Shown here: positions 56,992-64,000 of the stretch, one piece after another
Layout: the number at the start of each line of letters is the position of its first letter
Numbering within the stretch: position 1 is the first letter of the stretch
Source: Azolla caroliniana
Lineage: Eukaryota; Plantae; Polypodiophyta
Assembly: GCA_043228905.1 (NCBI GenBank)
Contig: JBHGNT010000004.1
Span: 21,080,001 to 21,144,000 of the forward strand
DNA: 64,000 bases
Direction: 5' to 3'
Notes under the pieces: model-generated
The model's database searches: none
What the model saw: the letters and a program-made list of their open reading frames with translations, nothing else
What the model was told of the DNA's origin: nothing
Translations under genes and position numbers: made by a program

Positions 56992-59900
56992 GAGGTCGTT
57001 GCCTCTGTTGTAATCGCCGCCTATGGCGAAGAAAGCAAGCTCGAGGTCGTTGCCTCGGTGCTTTACTATTGTACATTGTGATATAGTGATAGTTTGTAGT
57101 CTGTGGGTTGCCGTGGTTTTTCCCTAGTTTGGGTTTTCCACGTTAACATCCTGTGTACTCTTCTCTTTACTGTGTTGTGCGTTTATTACCCGTTTTCTGT
57201 GTTTGATTCTAGCCTCGGTTGTGGCCGAGCGTTGTTCATCAAGAACGTGTATTCCTGTCACATGGTGCCGAAGAAGAATGGCACACGATGCTTCATTCAA
57301 GAGCTGCAACCATTGAATAATGTGACCATTCGGAATGCAGGGGTTGGGCCGACAATCGATGAGTTCGAGGAGGCCTTCGCCGGAAGGTCTATCTACTCGG
57401 TTGGCGACTTATACTCTAGGTACGACCAATTCTAACTAGCCTTCGAAAGCAGGGACATCACGACGATGTGGACCCCTCTCGGCTTAGTTCAGATGTGTAC
57501 CATGCCGCAGGGAGGTACCAATTTGATGGGGCACATGGTGCATGCAATGAACAAGGTGTTGAGGGATAACATGTCGTTTCTAGACGACATCCCAATAAAA
57601 GGCTGCCTAACGAGACGGCCAGGGAGGATGGGTACCAAAAGTTCATTGTTGATCACATTGGTGATTGCGAGAAGATTCTGCAGAGGCTTGAGGGCTCCCT
57701 GGGAGAGCCGTTGACTCCAATTGTCGTCCATGTACGATCCGTGATGGATCTAACCAGCAACCCACCCTACCTTGCCCTACACGACAACTTGTCTTCGTCC
57801 AAGTAGGGTCCCTAAGTGGCATGTTTTGGTCCTCTCCCCCCATTCCTGGGTCTCGACTTACCTTCTCCGGGGTGAAGTCGGCATTCGGAAAATCGAAGGT
57901 CCTGGTGGTCAGACACTTGTGCAGATCTTACGGTCGGAAACCATCTCCGGCCAAGGTAGAGGCCATCTCGACGATGAAGGAAGAGTGCAGGTCGGTCACT
58001 CCAACGGTTCCTAGGAGCGTGCGGGTCCTACCACATTTGGATTCCCCATTGTGCACATATCGTGGAGCCACTCTACAAATTTTTGAGGAAAGGGCAGAAT
58101 TTCGGATGGGGAGAAGCACACTCAGAGGCGATGCGGAGACTAAAAGGGATGTTGTCAGCGGCACCAGCCCTCCGGAAGGCAATCTACGTGAAGGAGTTCC
58201 CGATTTTCGTTACAGTGGGCACACGTCTGACCGGAATCAGGTGGGTGATCAATTAGGAGGGCAAAGGCGGAACACTGTTCGCCATCCGATTTGGCGTGAA
58301 GGTACTGAGCGAGGATACGCCCAAGTCAAGCGAGAGTTATGGGGTATCGTTTTGGCAGTGAAGGCCGATAAGGATTACTTGATCGGGGCAGAGGTAATTA
58401 TTGAGACGGACTGCCTCCTGATTCTTGGGATGGTATCCGGATGCGCGACTCTGGACCTGACGATGCTCAGGTGGATCGCGTACATCAAGTCCCTAAACCC
58501 AGAGATACGACACATCTCCGGGAAAGACAATACCATGGCCGATATGTTGTCAAAAGCACGGTTTGAAGGAGAGAATGACATGGTATCGAAAGACGAAGAA
58601 GTCGGCGTGGACTTCTTCGAGTCGGCTTGAATTTCGGCGAACAAACGAAGTGCTCCGGCTTTGAACGAGTTTGACAAGGAAGACTACGACGGGGAGTGGC
58701 TTCTAATCGAAAGGTTTCTAAGCACGATGGCGCTGAATGCATCATGGAAAAAGGAGGAAGCGAGTCGGATCCGGAAGAAGGTAAATAGATTCTTCCTACG
58801 AGACGGGAAGATCTGGTAGCATCCGAAGAAGTGGACCGGCACACCATTTCAGGTGGTGACAAGGGTGGAGGACCCGGCGGTAGTCATGTCGGAGTTCCAC
58901 AAGAGTCCTTAGTCCAGACATCGGGGAACGTGGGCCACGTTCGTGAAACGTAAGGAAAAATATTGGTGGCCGGGAATGTATCGTGATGTGCACCACTTCG
59001 TGATGACATGCGAGAGCTATCAGGTACACTTCGTGATTCGGCACCGTGACGAGCTGCACTCGACCTACCCGCCAGCCATGCAATTCAAGTGGATGGTCGA
59101 TTTAGTGATGATGCATGTGGGGGTAGGACAAATGAGGTATTTGGTGCTTGCAAGGGAGGACCTGATGAACCAGGTGGAACGCCGAGCCGGTTGTATGCCA
59201 GTTCTTGATCGAGGACGTGATTTTCCAGTACGAATGCATAAGGAGGATCATGGCCGACTGGGGAGAGCTGGACGTGTGGGGGGTCGAGCTTTCCCTCACG
59301 ACAACAAACAATCCGGAGGCGAACGGGAAGGTCGAAAGAGGGCACGGTCCGATCGTGAAGGCCATCGTACGCGCGTGTGACGGACGAGTCGGGAACTGGC
59401 CGCGACTAGAAGGGTTCATGCCAGCCGAACTCATGTTCGGACAGAAGCCCATCAGGCCGATAAAACAAATGATCACATCATGGACGACAATTGATTGGGT
59501 GGACGAGATGAGTCGGGAGGGGTTGTTGGCCGCGTGGATTCGGTAACTCGAGAGATAACCAGAGGACGTAGAACAAGCTAAGGCACGGGAAAGGAACAAA
59601 GATCGGTTCGACCGAGCGCACAGATTGAGGCCAAAGAAGATCGAAGAAGGTGATTGGGTGCTGGTCTATGACAGTAGCCTTGACAACCAACACAGGTCAA
59701 CATGGAAGTTCACGAGGAGGTGGTTCGGGCCGTATGTGGTGACGAGCACCAACGACAATGCGGCGTACCACCTTGCGGAACTCGACGGGACAACGATTGT
59801 GGTGCCAGTGGTGGGGACGCAGATAAAAGACTTCAAGAAGCGGAACGAGGTGGAGCCGGATCTGGAGGTAAAGGCCGAAAGCGTGAACGAGGACGAGGAA

Positions 59901-60480
59901 CTAGATGAAGATCGGATTAGCGACGGTTCGGACGAGGACAAGAAAGGATCAGTCTGGAATCTCCACTGCCTCACTACCTGGCACATGCCAGAGGATGTGC
60001 GGTTTGGTGGGGGTGGATGTTGTGGAGGATTCCGGCCACAAGGAGAAACCTCACCGATCTCGCGTTGTCGTGAGGATTTTTGGCGACGGTGAGAAAACTG
60101 AGTGGGACGGGAATGTGCAACATTGCACATGCACTTAGGAAATTTGTAAATAAGAATAAGAAAGCTAATATAATAGGGAAGGTGAAATGTAAGGTGCTAA
60201 AGTACACCAAAAAGTTCGTAAAGTCTAAATGTGATGTGCACTTAGGTGCACATGCACACTTGGGAAAAGAGAGTGCATAGAAGTAAGGATGTAATGAGTA
60301 GTGGGCATGGTAGGGTGTGTGTGAGAGAAGAGAGGGAGTTAAGGCCCCATCAATCTCTCCTGCTAAGATCAAGGTAAATATTCCCCTTTGAAAATACTGG
60401 AATATTTAGCCTCTCCTTTTGTAATAAGCCTCAACCCTTTCTACTATAAAAGGGGGTGAGGGGTCACCATTGAAACGATT
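56232..60480 (+). mobile_element. degenerate gypsy pol (RT, RNase H, IN) of a fungal-like non-chromovirus family plus partial 3' LTR (from ~60018)
   Basis: TVPHVPWNLKPI, EPSSAPYSNR.FTVPKKNG..FIQELQPLN.VTIRNAG, FLDDIPIKG, VKRELWGIV, ETDCL.ILGM, KYWWPGMYRDV, PEANGKVERGHGPIV, RRWFGPYVV. Confidence 0.85.
56427..57260 (+). mobile_element. copia-family solo LTR with a 6x 50-bp tandem array, inserted in the gypsy RT
   Basis: TGTT...GTCA; TSD CACGG/CATGG (one CpG change); array 56473-56772; removal restores FTV/PKKNG. Confidence 0.9.
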
Positions 60481-60827
60481 TGTTGGGAGACAGGTCCCTC
60501 CAGATGGGAAGGGAGAAGAACAGTGCTGATGAGCAAACTCGGCCGAGGCCGATAGGTTGAGGCCAAAACCGGATGGTGCAGACCCGGTGAGAACCGGATG
60601 AGGAGTACCCGGCTATGGAGAGTTGGATGGTGCAGACCCGGTGAGGAGTGCTCACCGGATGAAGAGACATATTTGTAAATATGTTTTTGATAGTCCATCG
60701 AGACTATATTTGTAAATAGCAGAAAAGTCATATTAGTATAAATATGACTTAGGGCAAACTTATTGTGTGTGTTGTAGATGTTGGTTGTCATTCTTGTTGG
60801 TGCAAGAAGATAGAGCGCGTAACTGTG

Positions 60828-60869
<42 letters not shown>

Positions 60870-62883
60870 GAGGTCGTTGCCTCTGTTGTAACCGCCGCCT
60901 GTGGTGAAGATAGAAAGCTTGAGGTTGTTGCCTCGATGCTTTACTGTTGTACACTGTAACATAGTGATAGTTTGCAGCTTGTGGGCTGCCGTGGTTTTTC
61001 CCTAGTTTGGGTTTTCCACGTAAACATCCTGTGTACTGTTCTCTTCACTGTGTCATGCATTCATTCCTATTTTTTGGGCAAACTTCTAAGATCGGTTGTG
61101 GCCGAGCGTTGCGCATAAGGAGCGTTTGGTTCCCGTCAAGTGGTATCAGAGCGAAACGACACATAAAATGGATGATTCGTTGGGAGGCATGTTCAAGCTC
61201 ACCGGCTCCAACTATTCAGTATGGAAGTCGAAGATGAGGGAGATGCTCGTGGTTAAAGATCTTTGGTTGTCGGTTCAATTTGGGGACAAGAGACCGGACA
61301 AAATCGACGCCACGATATGGGAGGTGATGCACATGAAGTCAACGACGTACATACGGTGCTTCATCGACATGAGCTTATACAACAACTTCAATGAAGAGAG
61401 CAAGGCTCATGAGCTCTTGGAGAAGATCGGCATTATGTTTTAGAACAAAAATGTTGTTAACCAGGTTTCGGTATTGCGGAAGCTAGTAAGACTCCGGTAC
61501 CAAGATGGCTCCAGCATGGTGGAGCACATGAATGCCTTCCAGGGGCTGATACATCAGGCAACATCATTGGAAGTACCTCTCGCCGATGAGGTACTAGCGC
61601 TACTCCTGCTCGGTTCCCTCCCGGATAGCTGGGAGACGTTGGTTGTCACTTTGGGCAACGCTGGGCCGGAAGGGAAACGGTTATCCCTAGCAAGAGTAAA
61701 GTCGAGCTTGCTAGATGAGGAGGCGCGTCGGAAAGATAAAGATACGAGCTCCGACTCCAAACCGCTCCTTACCGAATCGGAACGCGGAAGACAAAGAAAC
61801 CGTAGTCCCCAGAACCGGGAAAAGTTGGGGACACGGTCAAAGTCAAGGGGGAGACCTACTTGCTTCTATTGCGGCAAGCCAAGACACTTCCAGAAGAACT
61901 GTCGGCATTTCCGAAAGGACAAGGAAACCGACGGTACCGATTCGAAGCGGATACCGGACCGAAACGGTAAAGACCGGAGGGAAACGGACCGGAAGGGGAC
62001 GACGGCAATCGCGGCAAGTGAAGAAGAGTTGATGCTCATCACCGAGGAGAGTGAGATAAACCTTACCCTGGACCGGAAATTCTTCTCATCCTACTCAGTC
62101 GGTGATCACTGCTGTGTCTGGATGGGGAATGAAGGAACATGCCGGTTGGTGTTGTCGGCATAGGAGACGTGTGGTTGACAACACCAACCGGTTGCAAGAT
62201 GCTGTTGAAGCATGTCCGACACGTTCCGGAGGTTCGTCTGAACCTGATATCAGTCGGTCGGCTAGATGATGAAGGCTACACGGGTAGCATCCGGAATGGT
62301 GTAATGAAGTTCAGCAAAGGGAGCCTGATTGTGGCTCGGGCCCGGAAGGTAAACACGTTGTACTTGATGAATGCCCGGTTATGTCCGGAGGAAGTGAATG
62401 TGGCATCTGACACTGCCGGTGAGTTGTGGCACAAGAGGCCGTGTCACATGAGCGAGAAGGGGATGAAGAGGCTTGCAGACGACAACCTCATTCTAGTGAA
62501 GAACGTGCACTTGGAGAAGTGCACTAATTGTCTGGCCGGTAAGCAAAACCGGACCTCCTTCCGAGCAAGGCCACCGATGAGACGTAATGCACCACTGGAG
62601 TTGGTGCATACTGATGTGTGTCAAGTGGACACGAAGTCATATACAGGATCGCAGTACTTCGTGACGTTCATAGATGACCACAGCCGGAAGCTGTGGGCCA
62701 CACCGTTGAAGACGAAGGATCAGGTGTTATCCGTCTTCAAAGAGCTCCACGCGAGAGTAGAAAGAGAAACCGGCCGGAAGGTAAAGGCGGTTCGAGCAGA
62801 TAACGGAGGTGAATACCGGGGGCAGTTCGAGGAGTACTGTCGCTCGAAGGGAATCCGGCTCGAATTTACCGTGCCAAAGACGC
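60481..62883 (+). mobile_element. Ty1/copia (Tork/Tto1-like): 5' LTR 60481-61138, PBS 61141-61152, gag from 61168, integrase interrupted at 62884
   Basis: TGGTATCAGAGC; MFKLTGSNYSVWKSKM, LLLLGSLPDSWETL, CFYCGKPRHFQKNC, LWHKR.CHMSEKGM, PLELVHTDVC, FVTFIDDHSRK, VRADNGGEY. Confidence 0.93.
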
Positions 62884-64000
62884 TGTCGTGAAGAAAACCG
62901 TCCACGAGCGGAATCGGTGCACCGGAGCGTAGAAACCGACTCTTCATGCACGTGCGCCTTAAGTTGTACATAGGAGATCCTAGGTAGATTCGGTAGGTAG
63001 GGAGTAAAGGGGAAACGGCTCCTTCCTTGCCTATAAAAGGAGGGAGACGAGGAGGGTAGAAGGATTGCGGAGAGTCGAGGACGAAGTGCTGTCGGTTTGC
63101 GTGCGAAGGCTTCTCTCTCTCTCTCTCTCTTTCTGGTTGCAAACGCCATAGCTTCCTTCTGTGCAGGTTTCGGGAGGCTCGCGCTGCTCTGAGGCAGCAC
63201 CTCCAACCTACTCCTTCCTCTCTGTGCGTTTACGAGCAGGTATCAGCATCTGTTCGCCGGCCTGTTCGGTCGTAACCGACTTCGTGTTTTGTTGTCTTCG
63301 TGTTCTTGTTGTTTGTCTTGTCAATACATACATACATTCGTGTCTTTCTGTGTCGCTGTCCCACTTGCGTCTTTGCGTCAAAGGGCCGTGTCCCTGTGGA
63401 TCTATGCTCGCACGTAGAGGGATTCTTCCCCTCCTCTCTTGCTCTTTGGTACAGGACCCCCGGGGTTCCGCCTCATTCCACGCATCCGCGAGGAATACCT
63501 CGACATCTTGGTGAACCCGACGTGAAGGAGGCGGCAGAAGAGCAGAAGATGAGGGGGTCGGATCTTGCAGAGGCCATGGCTTCGGCCGTGGATCGGATAT
63601 TGAGCACACGCGAGGGCACCGGCGCCCTCGACAGAGCCATTGAGGCGGTTGTCGGTACGATCGGCCGTTTCAGCGGAAAGGATGCTACGAAGTATTTGGC
63701 GTCCTACAGGGCGGAAATGCTGATGCGGGACATTCCGGAAGAGAGGCGTCTTGCCGGGTTCCCTCGAGTGGCGATGCCGAGCATCCATGCGGAGGTGCTC
63801 GAGGTACGGGCGGAGAGCCGTACCTAGGAGGAGTTCGAAGGCCGACTCCTAGAGAAATATGGGCTGGATGACACGCTCCGGCTTTCGAAACAGGACTTCA
63901 TGGAATGGGTGGAGCCCCCCCGCAAAGGAAGAAACGCGTCGGCACTCCTCCGGGAGTTCGAAGAACGCTTTGCGCGCCTTTCGGCGCTTGACCGAACCAT
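62884..64000 (+). mobile_element. gypsy element 5' end (LTR ~62884-63238, PBS-like ggtatcagc, gag) inserted in the copia integrase; runs off the window
   Basis: TGTCG start, TATA ctataaaagg at 63031, (CT)n; gag IGRFSGKDATKYLASYRAEM...RLAGFPRV; in-frame stop at 63825-63827. Confidence 0.8.

Overview
Eukaryotic plant genomic DNA, most consistent with a non-seed vascular plant, probably a fern. This is inferred from the PLS-PPR style, the Tcn1-like chromovirus and the fungal-type gypsy elements; it is not proven. The left ~39 kb holds four protein-coding genes: an 11-exon RIO2 kinase (+), an intronless PLS-E PPR gene (+), a 5-exon CPP1-like/DUF3353 J-like chloroplast protein (+) and a 2-exon CFL1-like WW/EAR/zinc-ribbon gene (-). 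These are interspersed with LINE/RTE relics, MITE-like pieces and a ~2.9 kb tandem duplication whose second copy carries two later insertions. The right ~21 kb is a nested LTR-retrotransposon stack (at least 9 insertions). The most interesting element is a full-length Tcn1/sushi-like chromovirus (49607-55621, TSD GAAAG). It shows a self-priming PBS, a G_UUA_AAC plus stem-loop -1 frameshift signal, and an outward-facing tRNA-like (A-box/B-box) module at the start of both LTRs. All coordinates were derived by eye; exon structures and family assignments need confirmation by alignment.
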